Origin: Vicugna vicugna
Taxonomy: Eukaryota
NCBI GenBank assembly: GCA_013265495.1
Contig: MU062811.1
Span: 3,443,462-3,507,461 of the forward strand
DNA: 64,000 bases
Direction of reading: 5' to 3'
Part shown: one piece after another, positions 22,886-35,678 of the stretch
Layout of the letters: each line of letters starts with the position of its first letter
How positions within the stretch are numbered: position 1 is the stretch's first letter
Position numbers and translations under genes: made by a program
The notes under the pieces: model-generated
Seen by the model: only the letters and a program-made list of their open reading frames with translations
What the model was told of the DNA's origin: nothing
Database searches by the model: none

Positions 22886-23388
22886 TCACAAGAAGGCGTC
22901 GCACCACTCTCGAAGACACCCGAAGCAGTCCCGAGACTGCTTGGCGTTGGCACCGCATGTGTCCTTCAGCCATTCTCGGAAGAGGTCTTCATCTTTCTTT
23001 AGAACCAGAAACTGGCCAAGGACCACGTAGGCCTGCAAAACAGAGTAAAGGACATGCTGCTAAGTGCTCTGTGGGACTAAGAACACAAAGGCCACTTCTG
23101 TACTATTCAAAGTACATGCACCTAGGAGGCAGGGCAGGCTCTGGCTAGCTCTTCAGATTACCCATCACTGTCAGCCCCCAAAAGATACACTTACTCTCAA
23201 ACTGCCAGGAAATATGGTAGTCTGCCACCCCTAGGCCTCCCCAGCTGCATGCAGCCTCCCTGCACCTTGTCAAAGCCTCTTTCCTCCAGCTTCTTGCCCA
23301 GGACTTCACCAATCCCGGCCAGGCTTCCCACTGGTTTTTCCCCCATGGGCTCTGCCACGAAGTCTCGGTGCTTCTGGGAGGTTGTCAT
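22886..23388 (-). CDS. BANF1: Barrier-to-autointegration factor, coding exons 23266-23388 and 22886-23032; 89 aa
   Basis: [41 protein letters not shown] | [48 protein letters not shown], matching human BAF as recalled. GT-AG intron 23033-23265. Probable non-coding exon 1 ends at the donor at 24148. Confidence 0.99.
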
Positions 23389-23799
23389 CTTGATCTGGGA
23401 ATCCCAAGAAAAAGTAGGTTAGAGCTGAACACCTGGGGACTTTCAAAGGCCCAGTGGCAACTCACAGTAAGAGGAAACTAAACCCGTCATTATGGAGACT
23501 TACTCGATTCCCCCCACTTCACAGATGAGAAAACTGAGGACCAGGGAGAGTCTTTTTATTACTCTTCAAGAGAGAAATGTCTCCCACTTCCTGCGGGAGC
23601 TGGCTTTTGGCACCGCCCCAAAGAAAAAACTATCTTGCCCTAACAGGTGGCGCACGCGGGGCAATCCCAGGGTTGGTCAATACCCAAGGCCCGCCTTGAA
23701 ACTGTCACTCCTCTGTGACCTTGGCTGGGCAAAGGCAGCACTGACCCTGCCTGGCACCGCTACCCGGCCTGAAAAGCAAAGGGAGTCTCTCCATCCCAT

Positions 23800-24760
23800 C
23801 TGCCCCACAGGCTGCACACGGAGAGAAGGCCCTAAACGCGCACACTCGACGCTCCAGCCCGCGGGGTCCAAGCCTGGGCTCCCGCCGCGCCCCACGCCGC
23901 CGGCCCCACCCTCAACACGCCGTACACCGTCCCCGCCCCCTCCCTGCACCGCTCAGCCCCTCCCCGCGGCCAAGCTCTCTCCGAGGGCGCATCTTCTTGC
24001 CCGCCGCAGCGCTTGCGGCCCGTCTCCCCCCCTCCTCCCCGCGCCTCCTCTGGACTCCAGCTTAGGCTCCGCTCCGCGGCTCGCGCTCACCCGCAGCTCC
24101 GGCTCTCCTAACGGCTTCTCCCGCCACCCGGCTGCTCCCACCGATACCTCAGCCCACTAGAACTTTCTTCCACTTCCGCTTCCGGGTCGCCTCACGAGCC
24201 GTTTTAAAAAAAACTACTATGGGCACTTCTAGCCTCATAGAGTCATAGAGATGAGGGGCCCCGGACCTCGTGTGCACCCTTAATAGGCACTCCTTTCCGG
24301 GCACTTCGCGGGAAGCCTGACTGCCTTCTGTGGCCTCGTTTCTCGGGAAGCATTTCCGGTCTCAGGGAGCAGAGGCCTGGGAGGTGAAAACATTATTGCT
24401 GCGCTGAACGGCATCCGGAACTTAAGGATTTAGCCGTGGCCGACCTGGCGGTGGGAAGAGTTAGAGGAACGGACAACGGGAGAGGCGTGGCCGAGAGGCT
24501 TCCGGAAGACCGCCGGAAGTACGCTGCCCGACTCCAGCCGACCCGCGCCGTCCGCATCGCTGTCGGGCTCCTAAGAATTAGGGGGATCCCGAGGTGCCGG
24601 AGGCCTGAGTTCCGGCCGACTCCACCGTCGTGACCGCTGCCAAGTCCTTTTTCTGTGCTTTCATTGGCTCAGGTGCGAAGAGAGTCGTGGACGAGCCGCT
24701 TGCATCTTCCAGCCTGGAGAACGGCAGCGCCTGTTGGGGTCTAGGGCCAGAGAGTAAGTG
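23800..24760. promoter_or_regulatory. CpG-island bidirectional promoter shared by BANF1 (-) and EIF1AD (+)
   Basis: Head-to-head genes. Several ETS/GABP cores: ACTTCCGCTTCCGG 24172-24185, CTTCCGGAAG and CCGGAAGT about 24499-24520. Candidate first-exon donors at 24147 (-) and 24754 (+). Confidence 0.85.
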
Positions 24761-25446
24761 TGGGTTTCTCTTTGAGCGTCTTTCCTCCAGGATAGGGAGG
24801 AAGGAGGGTACGGGTCGGCAACTAGAGATGAGACTTCTGAGTCGTCTTTGGAAACCATTAGTTTTCTGAGTACGCATCAGTCTTGGTCTTCTCAGTACCC
24901 AATTCAGAAACATAGCAGATGCCAAAGACCAAACCGACCTACCCTGACCTTTAATTAACATATTCCCGATTTGGCTCTCCTAATTGGTTTCTGTGTGTGT
25001 TGACAGACTGAGCACCTCTGTTGCGTTACACATGGGATGTACAAGCATGTTGAGGAAGAAACGGTTTATCTCCATCAAATAGTTGCCGGAATGACGTATT
25101 TTTTCTAGGACATATATTTAGTTTTTATGGTTATGCCTGTTCTTAATGATGACGCGAGTTATTTTTAGGTACCATACAGTGTGCTAAGTGCTTTGCTTAG
25201 AATTATTTCCTTCTAATAAGAATGTTCTGAGATGGCTATTTTTCTCTGAAATCTAGAGAAATGAACAGCCAGGAAATAGCCAAGGTAGGATTTCAGAGCC
25301 CATGTTCTTAATCAGGACTGTGCCACTTCTCAATAAAAGACCTCTCTTCATCTTTAAAAGTCCTGGGTTCTGAGCCTGCCATCCAAGAAACTCAAGAGGA
25401 GGAGTTGACAGACTGCATCCCTCACCACCCTGAGACAGGACCCAAC

Positions 25447-26918
25447 ATGTCTCAGGCCACCAAGAGGAAGCACGTGGTGAAGGAGGTGCTGGGGGAGCAC
25501 ATGGTGCCCTCTGACCAGCAGCAGATCGTGAGGGTGAGTGGCATTGGGGACGAGCTTCTCAGCCCCCTACCCACCTTGGGCCTCTGGGGTGGGGGTAGGG
25601 TGCAGTACAGCTCAGAAGGTTTTGGAGCTGGCTGACGAGGCTGATGGTTCTTGTTCTCTCCTGGCCCAGGTACTAAGGACCCCAGGCAACAATTTGCATG
25701 AAGTAGAGACAGCCCAGGGGCAGCGCTTCCTGGTGAGCATGCCCTCCAAATACCGGAAGAACATCTGGATCAAGAGAGGTGAGAGAGACAGCCCTTTGGG
25801 AAACAGAACTGTTTCCCATGGTCTTGCCTTTCCCCAGCTGCAAGCAGACTGTGCCTTTTCTCCTTTCTACCTGCAGGGGACTTCCTCATTGTTGATCCTA
25901 TTGAAGAGGGAGAGAAGGTGAAGGCTGAGATCTCCTTTGTGCTCTGCAAAGACCATGTGCGCTCTCTGCAGAAGGAGGGGCTCTGGTAAGGTCATTGGCT
26001 GCTTGACTTCAAAGGGGTTTATTTCCTCACTGTGGAATTAGGGGAGGGAGGATCATGGCATCCCAGGCAGGGACAGCTGGAAACAGCTTTTTTGCTGAGA
26101 GAGTTCTCTGTCCTTTGTGACCCCAACTCTTCTCTTGGCACAGGCCTGAGGCCTTCTCCCAAGTGGCTGAGAAACACAGCAACAACAGGAGCAGGTGAGG
26201 AGCAAGTCATGGGGGAGGGGAGACAGAAAATGGGGCTTCAGGCTTTGGTGTCTTGAGAGGAAGCAGAGCCTTCCTTTCTTCCTACATAGGGTCTCTGGTG
26301 AGAGCTTCTAAATATGTGATTATGAGTTGGCTTGAAAGTCAGATCCCCTGGTTTAAAGTTCTGGCTTTGCCAGTTATAACTGAGTGACTTCTAGCAGGTT
26401 AATCTCTTAAGCCTGGATTTTATCACCTATAAAATGGGAGTTTTGTGAGGATTAATGTGGCTAATGCTTGTAAAACTGTTTAGTATAGTACCTGGTAAGT
26501 AACGGGGGTCCATTAACTGTTAGTTGGTCATAGTAGATTCATTATTTTTAGGATTAGTAGCTCTAGCAAACTTTTGAGATAGAGGTGAGAGCTAGTATTT
26601 AGCCTGTTTTTCTTGGCCAAGTTTTCCTGCTGTTTTGCCCTGATTCTCTCCCTGTCTGATTCACTGAGTCCTAACTGCTTGGCCATATGGTTTTCCTTTT
26701 TGTGAGGCTCCTTGATTGCAGATCTGATTTTACAGAGGGCATATAGCTAACTCTGCCCTTTTCCCCCATGCAGACAGACTCAGCCAGAACTCCCAGCTGA
26801 GCCACAGTCATCAGGAGAAGAGTCTAGCTCTGAAGATGATTCCGACCTTTTTGTTAACACCAACCGTAGACAGTGTCATGAGAGTGAGGAGGAGAGTGAA
26901 GAGGAGGAGGCAGCCTGA
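25447..26918 (+). CDS. EIF1AD: Probable RNA-binding protein EIF1AD (eIF1A/S1-like domain), exons 25447-25533, 25670-25778, 25877-25985, 26144-26194, 26774-26918; 166 aa
   Basis: [29 protein letters not shown] | [59 protein letters not shown]... [16 protein letters not shown]... EEEEAA*. All introns GT-AG; 501 nt in frame. Confidence 0.98.
26325..26520 (+). mobile_element. MIR SINE in the last EIF1AD intron
   Basis: ctggctttgccagttataactgagtgacttctagcagg...cacctataaaatgggagttttgtgaggattaa. Confidence 0.65.
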
Positions 26919-28714
26919 GACCCCGGGACCCACTTCTGCTCTTTCTCAGAGACTAGTCTGTGGCTCCTCTGAGCTTGGACATTCCCAGGGTGCTCTACCA
27001 ACCTTTCCCCCTGGATGGGGACAAGGCAGGGCCCCTCTCTGAACTGACTTTGACATAGGAGAATTAAACCCCTGGTGGGAGGTGACTTATGATGGTGTTG
27101 GAGTGGCTCTCTGGAAGGAGGAGGGACATGTGATAAAGTTCAAAACTGCTCCTGGGTGGAGACCTCATGGGCAGGTGGGCTGAGTGAGCAGGCAACGGGA
27201 AATAACTGGAATCTTTCCTAGGTTCTCCCTCTCTCACTGGGCATTCAGTAAGTGCCAGGCCCTGTGCCATGCCTCTTTGCATGTATTTAGTAACTGGGAG
27301 CAGTCCCACTTCATAGCCTGCTTTGCAATTAATACTGATTCAGGCATTCACGACCACAGTGGGTTTTAGTGCCCACCTGCCTCTAAGAGACACTCAGGAC
27401 GAATTTTGTAGTGCCTCGCACACTGCTTTCCCTGCCTTTCTAGTCACCTGTCACTGCAGGAGTGCCTACCTCCATGCAGCTGTGTACATTCTGGGGTTGG
27501 TGGCCTCCTTGTGGCTACTCAGTCTCCTCAGCCCTCTTGGAAATCACATCCCACTTCTCCTGTGAAGCTGGTTATACCTTTGTATGTTCTCCCTTGTCTT
27601 TGCTGGCATTGACCTTTTAGTCACTGCTCAGACATTGAAGTTTACCTCCTGGCTCGGAGTCTTCTACCCTGGCTTCCGTCATTGTGTTCTGCATCCCATG
27701 AGTGGGCTTGTTCAACACTGTGGGCCCCTAGTTCCTTGATATCCCATCACTAATGCCCTTGTCCTCTATTCCGGGCCTGTTGCCTACATCCCTAGGCACT
27801 CCTGGACCTTTGACATCACTAGAAAGTGTAGCACCATTTGAGTTCAAATACCTGCACAGTCACCACCTCCCCTCCTGGCTTTCTTGCTTTCTTGCTCAAC
27901 TACCTCCTCTGTAAAAACTCTTTTGTCTTCATCCTCCAGCCCTGCCATATTCTCACCACCATTCTCCTATCGTCACTTCCCTTCTGGTGCAGCATTCAGT
28001 CCCATGGTCTACACCCCACACTCCCTTTCCCCCTTCATTGTATTCATCTAGGAAAAACCTAGCCCTGGCCAACCCAATCATTCCCCTCTATCTGTTCCCA
28101 AGTAACTGTTAGAGAAAACAACTAACCTAGCTCACTAGTTTTACCTTAAATTCATAGTTACAAACCTCAGATGGACTCTCAGCACTGCCTAGCAGATCTC
28201 CTCTGGGATGTCATATTTGAAAACTGCTGTCTTGTCTCCCAGCTCACCCTTCCCCTGCTGGGTTCTGACCACAGCTCATACTTCATTAAGGAATAGTAGC
28301 CATTGGAGGGAACTCTCGCCTCCCAATTACCAGCCCTACAAATGTGCTCATGGGTCTTCCTGTCCTTGTACTGCCCGGGGTAATCCAGGGGGACTGAAGC
28401 CTTTCCTCTTGTGCTTTGGAGCCTGTCTCTTTGCTTAAGGACTTTTTGTGAGTTTTGGATTTTTGTCATGCTCTCTGCTGAATGTGATAGCATCAAACAA
28501 GCCGTAGAATCTCCCATCTGAAAAACAGAGAAACCTGTCGCTCATCCCACGTCCTTTCCAACTATCACTTAATTTACCTGCTCCTCATTCACTTTTTCTT
28601 ACGTTTGCTTAGTGTGGTTTTAAATATATACATGTATGTGTATATGTATATGTGTGTATACTCGTGTACAGAGATGTACATGCATACGTATGTGTGCAAA
28701 AGTAATCAGATGAA

Positions 28715-28815
28715 GGGGGAGGGTATAGCTCAGTGCTTAGCATGCACAAGGTCCTGGGTTCAATCTCCGCTAACTCCATTAAATAAATAAATAAACCTAA
28801 TTATCTCCCACCAAA
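28715..28815 (+). mobile_element. tRNA-Ala-derived camelid-type SINE (internally deleted)
   Basis: gggggagggtatagctcagtgcttagcatgcacaaggtcctgggttcaatctcc...aaataaataaataaacctaattatctccc. Confidence 0.85.
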
Positions 28816-29460
28816 AAGAGAACAAAAAATACCCCACTAAAAACTTAAAAAAAAAAAGCTGAACTTCTTAAAAAATTAATCAGATGAGGTAAAGATACAT
28901 ATGTGAGTATATCTATCTTGAGCTTGTCTGAAGTTTATTTTTTACGGGAGATGGCTAACATTTTTTTCCTAAAGGGATAGCCTCTTGTCCCTATACCATT
29001 TATTGAGTGAATCATTCTTTTGTCACAGATTTTAAATACCTTTTTAAAATAAATGAAATTCCTGCACACATATGGATCTCTTTGGAATCTGGCCCGTTGA
29101 TCTACTTGCAGATACCATGTTTTATAGCAGGGTTGGTATCTCATTCTCCCTCACCCTTGCCACACTGTTCCTTGAAATTTTCATATTTTCTCTTACATAA
29201 GAACTTTAGAATGAACTTGGCAATTTTCAGTTAAGAGTTCTGTTGAGTTTTCCATTGGCATGGTTTTAAACCTCATGGTTTGATTTGGACAGAGGTGGTT
29301 AACAGTTTTGAATCTTCCTATGCAGGAATGATTTGCGTGTGTGCTTTTCAAGATGTTGTCTTCATATGGTCTTTCACATTTCTAGCTCAGTGTAGTCTAA
29401 GGGTGTTTAGAGTTATTTGTTGCTGTGAATGGGCTCTTTTTTTTTTATGTGTGTGTGTGT

Positions 29461-29560
29461 ATTTTTTTATTATTAACATTTTTTAATGGTAGTACTGGGG
29501 ATTGAACCCAGGACCTCATGCATGCCAAACATGCACTCTGCCACTGAGCTCTACCCTCCC
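29461..29560 (-). mobile_element. tRNA-Ala-derived camelid-type SINE
   Basis: ttaatggtagtactggggattgaacccaggacctcatgcatgccaaacatgcactctgccactgagctctaccctccc. Confidence 0.85.
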
Positions 29561-32159
29561 TGTGAATGGGCTTTTTTGAAATTACATTTCCAACCATCAC
29601 TGCCATGTAGGAAAGCTGTCCATCTGTGTGTGCTCACCTATTTGATCTGAGTTCTCATTAATTCTAATAGTTCTCTTGGCTTTCTGGATAGCGTCAAATC
29701 ATATCCTATTGGTTGCAGTTTTATCCTGTCCTTTACATTTATTTTCCTTGTGAATTATGGAGGCCAGGACCTCCAGTATAATGTGAAATGGTACCTGGTT
29801 TGTTCCTCTCTTAGAATGATTTTCATGTTTCATCATGAAATAAGATTCTGCTTTAGGTTTCTGGTAGATAAACTTCACTAGGCTGAAGATGTTTCCTTCT
29901 ATACCCAACTTCATGTTTTTTCCCTTTATTCAACATTGATGAATTTTGACATCTATTGAGATAGTCAAAAGATTTCGTTTGTATTATTGCAGGGTGTTAT
30001 TTACATTATTAGGTTTCCTGATGTTGAATCATCTTTGCATTCTGACGTAAACTCTGTTTAGTTTTATAGTATACTGTTTATTTCTTTAAGATTTTTATAT
30101 CTATCCCTGGGCCGATTTCATTTTTTAATGATCTCCCTGTCCCATTTTGACAACAGCATTGTGCTAGCCTTGTAGAATGGGTTTGGCAACATTTAATCTT
30201 CCTTTGGACTTGAATAATTTATAGAAAAGGAGTTGTTTCTCAAGTTTTCTATCCTTGAGTCAATTTTGGTAATTCATACTTTTTTAGAGTAATATATTTT
30301 ACGTATATTTAAGCTTTCTTGGGTAAAACGTGCATAATATATGTATCATTGGGGACTGCCTTACTTAGAAGTGACAGAAGTGTAACTCATACTAGCAGAA
30401 GCAAGCAGGGGCTCATTGGCCTGAGGCCTCAGAGCAGGGCCAGCTCGGAGTCGTCAGGGCCCTCGGTGATTTCCTGGATCGTCTCTTCTCCTCTTGGTTG
30501 ATAGTCCCTCTCTCCCTGTAGGTTCTTCAGGAAGCTCCAGTTCACACTCAGTCCTTACAGATGGGGTTACTCCTTCAAGGATCCATGCATTTCAGGGAGG
30601 ACAGACTGATCTTACTCAGGTCGCTTGACCTCTCCTGAGTGACTGCTGTGGCCAGGGCTGAGTAGGGGAATATGGGGAGGCAAGATAAGCCACCCTGATC
30701 CTTGACATGTGTTCTCCGTAGAATAGAGAGGTTCTTTTACCCAAAAAAGGGGGCATGGGGTGAGAGCAGGTAAAACCAACAAACGTTTGTCCTGTGTTCT
30801 GGGCATTTTAGTTTCTTTGAGTAGCTTTGCAATACGTCCACTTTGTTGGCCTTTTCCTTCTGTTTCTTTTGGGTTATTTGCTCATTCTGACTCCTTGGGT
30901 TGTATGTTTAGTTAATTTGTCTTGTTTTTTTTTTAATATATTTAGGGCTTAAAATGTTCCTTTAAGTACTCCTTTGTTTGACAGCTTATTGGATGTGTCT
31001 GTGTGATTTTGGGGGCATTGTATCTATAAGTTTGGCCTTAGGTTTTTCTTCCCCAGCTCTCTGTGATTTTAATAATCTTTTTTTCTCTCTAAAAACCTTT
31101 TAATCTCTACTTCCTCTCATCAGCCATTTAGCTCCTGTGGATCATAGCTAGGAATTCTGATGGTGAAAACTTAAGTAGATAAAATGTGACAGAAAAATTA
31201 AAAGGCGGTCAGAGACCTTTCCTTTAAAAGGGAATCAAGCACAGATGTTTTTATAATTAAATTCAATTAAGCCCTGGAGAAACAACTCCTTTTCTAGAAA
31301 TTATTCAAGCTCAAATAAAAAGATTAAGTGTCTCCGAACCCATTCTACAAGAGTCCTTGTATTCTGCATGCTGTTCCCGTTTGTCATTCTCCAACGTTGA
31401 ATTCCACCTCTACTCTCCCAGCTTAGTAGTGGAATACAGCTGTATATGATTAGAGCTCCCAGAATGAGCTGTGTTCAAGAGCCCTTTTCCCCCAAAGCCG
31501 TGGCCAGTCCATGTGATTGATTGACTCCTACTGCAGTTAGGTTTGAGACTTGTGGCCTGTCAAACTCTGCATCTCCGTCACTTTAGGGCCAACCTTTACA
31601 GCCAAGTGGTTTCCACCGGAGCTTTCCCCCTGCAGCCCAGCTCACTTTCCTCCCTTGCCATCTGCCACCCATGGCACTCTGAGCGAGCCACAGGGTTTTT
31701 CTCCTTTAATCTGTAAACGTGGTGAGATACCGTGACACAGTTTCTCATGTTAAGACATCCTCGCGTTGCTGGAATCAAATAGTCATGATGTATTTTTCAA
31801 TATATTGCTGGATTTGGTTTTCTGACGTTTGGGGGGATTTTGGCATCCAGGCTCGTAAGTGAAATGGTTTAAGCTTTTCCTTTCCTGTCTGGTTTTTTGT
31901 TTTGCTTTTTGTCAAGGTTATGCTAATCTCATAAAATGAGGTGGAGAATGTTATCTCTCTTTATTTTCATTACAAGTGTCTGTATAAGATTGGAATTTTG
32001 CATTTCTAAACCTTTTGGTAAAACTTATAAAACCAGCTGTGCCTGGCATTTTGGCCATGGGTGGGTAGAGTTCTACTTCAGATTTTTATTGATAATAGGT
32101 CGCTCAAGTTTCAGTTCTTGAGTCAGTTATATTTTCAAGGATGTATGTATTTTTAAAAA

Positions 32160-32460
32160 TTTTTTAATAGACTTTATTCTTTTAGAGCAGTTTCAGGTTC
32201 ACAAAAGAATTGAGCAGAAAATACAGAGTTTGCATATAGCCCTCCCAACCCACACATATATACTCCCCTACCCTCAACATCCCTCATCAGTGTGCCATAT
32301 TTGGTACAATTGATAAACCAACATGGGCACATTATTATCAACCAAAGTCCACAGGTTACATTAGGGTTCACTCTTGATGTACATTCTGTGGGCTTTGACA
32401 AATGCATAATGACATATAGCCACCACTATAGTGTCATACAGAATCATTTCATATTTTTTT
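32160..32460 (-). mobile_element. Old L1 3'-end fragment
   Basis: ttttttaatagactttattctttagagcagtttcaggttcacaaaagaattgagcagaaaatacagag is a typical antisense L1M-type 3' end. Confidence 0.7.
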
Positions 32461-32577
32461 TACTGCATATATATTTTTAAATTTACGTATATATACTGCT
32501 CATTGTCTCTAAGAATGTTTAGAGCTTTAGCTTTTTAAACTTAGTTATCAAAGGAATAAAGCCAACCACAAAATAAG

Positions 32578-33630
32578 AATTAACTCAAAAAATACATACA
32601 CCCTGCGATTAACAGCAACATTATTTATAATTGCCAAGATATGGATGGAAGCATCCCAAGTGCACATCGATAGTTGAATAGATAATGGAGATGTAGCATA
32701 TGTGTATATGTAATGAAATGGAACTCACCCATTAAAAAGAGGGATATTTTGTCATTTGCAGCCCTTCACTTTTTTTTTTTTCACTTCAAAAACTAGAATT
32801 TTATAGCTGGCAGAGACATTTCCATTACATCAAAAACAACAAAATGCCTAGAAGTAAACTTAACCAAGGAGGTTACCTATTCTCTGAAAACTGAAATGAC
32901 ACAAAGAAATGGAAAGATTTCTTGTGCTCTTGGATGGAAGAATCAACACTATCAAAATGGCCACACTACCCAAAGCAATCCACAGATCCAGTGCAACCCC
33001 TATCGAAATACTCGCAACATTCCTCACAGAACTAGAACAAACAATTCCAAAATTTATAAGGAACCACAAAAGACCCCGAACAGCCAAAGCAACCTTTTGT
33101 AGGTCTCTTATTTTCTCTTCTTTTGTTAGCTGTTCTTAAGGTTTGATGACTAGAAAAGTTCCTGTAACATTTGTAGTAAAGCTGGTTTGGTGGTGCTGAA
33201 ATCTTTTAGGTTTTGTTTATCTGTGAAGCTTTTGATTTCTCCATCAAGTCTGAACAAGAGCCTTGCTGGATAGAGTATTCTCGGTTGTAAGTTTCCCCCT
33301 TGCATCACTTTAAATATATCGTGCCACTCCCTTCTGGCCTGTAGAGTTTCTGCTGAAAAATCAGCTGATAACCTTATGGGAGTTCCCTTGTAGGTCATTT
33401 GTTGCTTGTCTCTTGCTAATTTTAATATTTTCTCCTTATCCTTAATTGTTGTCAATTTGATGACTATGTGCCTTGATGTGTTCCTCTTCGGGCTGATTCT
33501 GTGTGGTACTCTGCGCTTCCAGGACTTGGGTGACTGTTTCCTTCCCCAAGTTGGGGAAGATTATCTCTCCAAAAATTTTCTCAGGTCCTTTCTCTCTCTC
33601 CTCTTTCTGGGACCCCTATAATGTGAATAT
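32578..33630 (-). mobile_element. Second copy of the rearranged L1 (ORF1 C-terminus on -, ORF2 pieces on +)
   Basis: ORF 33150-33455 (-) [38 protein letters not shown]...LQELF*. ORF2 piece on + (RINTIKMATLPKAIHRSSATPIEI). Junctions match the copy at 8170-8760. Confidence 0.9.
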
Positions 33631-34639
33631 AAGAGTGCTAAGGAAGTATATTTTTATATTTTCTTCATGTATCTATGGCACATAGTTATTTGTAGAATTG
33701 CCTGGTGTTTGTAGTCTTGACTGTATTAAAGTTCCATCCCCCTTTATTGTATCTAGTATTTTTCATTTGTGCTTTCTCTTTTTTTATCCTGTAGATCCTG
33801 GCCGAAGTTCACTTGTTACTCTCTTCACAGCCGCAGCTTTTTGTTGTCATTCCCCATTTTTAGCTTTCTTCTGTTTCATTAATTTCTGCTCTTACCGTAT
33901 TTCTCCTTTACTTACACTTCTTTTGGGTTCATTCTGTGTTTTTTTTTCCCTTACTCTTTTTGGTCCATAACTCATTAATTTGCAGCTTTACCTCCTCCCT
34001 TACCTCAGACTAGTTAGGGGATTTTCAAATCTGAAGAAAGGGTGAAAGGATTATAAAACAAGTACCTGTATACCCTTCAACAGGGTTGCTCATTTATAAC
34101 ATTTTGCCACATTCTGTTTGTCTGTACACACAACACACATAGTTTTTACACTTAGTTGTTACATCTCTTTGACCTCTTTTAATTTAGAACTTACTCCTTA
34201 GCCCTTTTTTGGTTTATTTTTCATAAAATGGACTTTTTAACCAGTTCAGGCCATTATAAAATTATAAAAATGTCCCAAGCTTGGATTTGTGTGATTGTAT
34301 TTATATGCTTAGATTTGGGTTAAACAGTTCTATCAAAAATAACCTAGAGCTTTAACTGCAAAGATAACCTAGAGCTTTAACTGTGTGGCCAGGTATAGAG
34401 CTGATATTCGCTTATTGCAGATCACAGGGCACGTGAGGCAGGATGTCCAGCTATTGGTGATGCTAGTTTTGATCACCTGGTTAAAGGGATGGCTTCTGTA
34501 TCATTTCCCTATAGAGGGTACATTTTCTCTTTGTAATTAGGTAATCTGTGGAATAGCTTACCTTGTAAGGCTAAAATTTCCCTTTATGCAGCTTTGTGAG
34601 TTATTTATATGTAGTTAGTTTTTTAAAATATGTTGAAAT

Positions 34640-35300
34640 ACACATAAAATTTACCACCTTAATCATTTGTAAGTGCAGTTCAGTAGTAGTAAGTACATTG
34701 ACATTCTTGTGCAACCAACTGTCTGGTTTTCATACCTATTAACAACTCCCAATTTGCCCTTCCTTCAGGCCCTTAACAACCATCATTCTACTTTGTTACT
34801 ATGAGTGTGACTAGATACCTCAGATAAGTGAGCTCATACAATATTTGTCTTTTAGTGACTGGCTTGTTTATTTCACTTTGTATGCTGTTCTCAGAGTTCA
34901 TCCATGTTGTAGCATATGCCATGAAGTTTCAGGCTGAATAATACTCCATGGTGTGTGTATGCCGCATTTTGTTTATCCATTCGTCTGTTGATGGACTCTT
35001 GGACTCCTTCCACCTTNNNNNNNNNNNNNNNNNNNNNNNNNNNNNNNNNNNNNNNNNNNNNNNNNNNNNNNNNNNNNNNNNNNNNNNNNNNNNNNNNNNN
35101 NNNNNNNNNNNNNNNNNNNNNNNNNNNNNNNNNNNNNNNNNNNNNNNNNNNNNNNNNNNNCATACTATTTTCCGTGGTGGCTGCACCAGTATACATTGCC
35201 CACCATTGGTGCACAAAGGGTTCCAGTTTCTTCACATCCTTGTCAACACATTATTTTCTGTTTGTTTGATACCCATCCTGATAGATGTGAAGTATCTAGT
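34640..35300 (-). mobile_element. L1 ORF2 C-terminus/3'UTR fragment containing a 144-N gap (35017-35160)
   Basis: STDEWINKMRHTHTMEYYSA peptide and L1 3'UTR motifs on the minus strand. Confidence 0.8.
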
Positions 35301-35572
35301 ATTTTAATTATAGTTACTTTCGAGTGTTTTCTAGTTTCCATCATGATGCCTTTTTTGGTCCATAAATTATTGTATTTAAATATTTCATTGGTTATTTTTA
35401 ATGACAGCACCTTCAAACTCACCACAACAAAACAAAAATGAGGACTTGACAATAACCCAAGCCACCCTCCCATGCTATGTCCCACCTCCCAGTTTCTGTT
35501 CTCCCACCCAAGGTAACCGTCTCCTTGAATTCCATATGACCTTGTTTTCCTTTCATATGGTTTTCTTATTAT

Positions 35573-35678
35573 TTTTTTAAATTTATTTAATTTTATTTTA
35601 ATGGAGTTACTGGGGATTGAACCCAGGACCTCTTGTGTGGTAAGCATGTGCTCTACCACTGAGCTATTTCCCTCCCCC
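35573..35678 (-). mobile_element. tRNA-Ala-derived camelid-type SINE
   Basis: atggagttactggggattgaacccaggacctcttgtgtggtaagcatgtgctctaccactgagctatttccctcccc. Confidence 0.85.
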
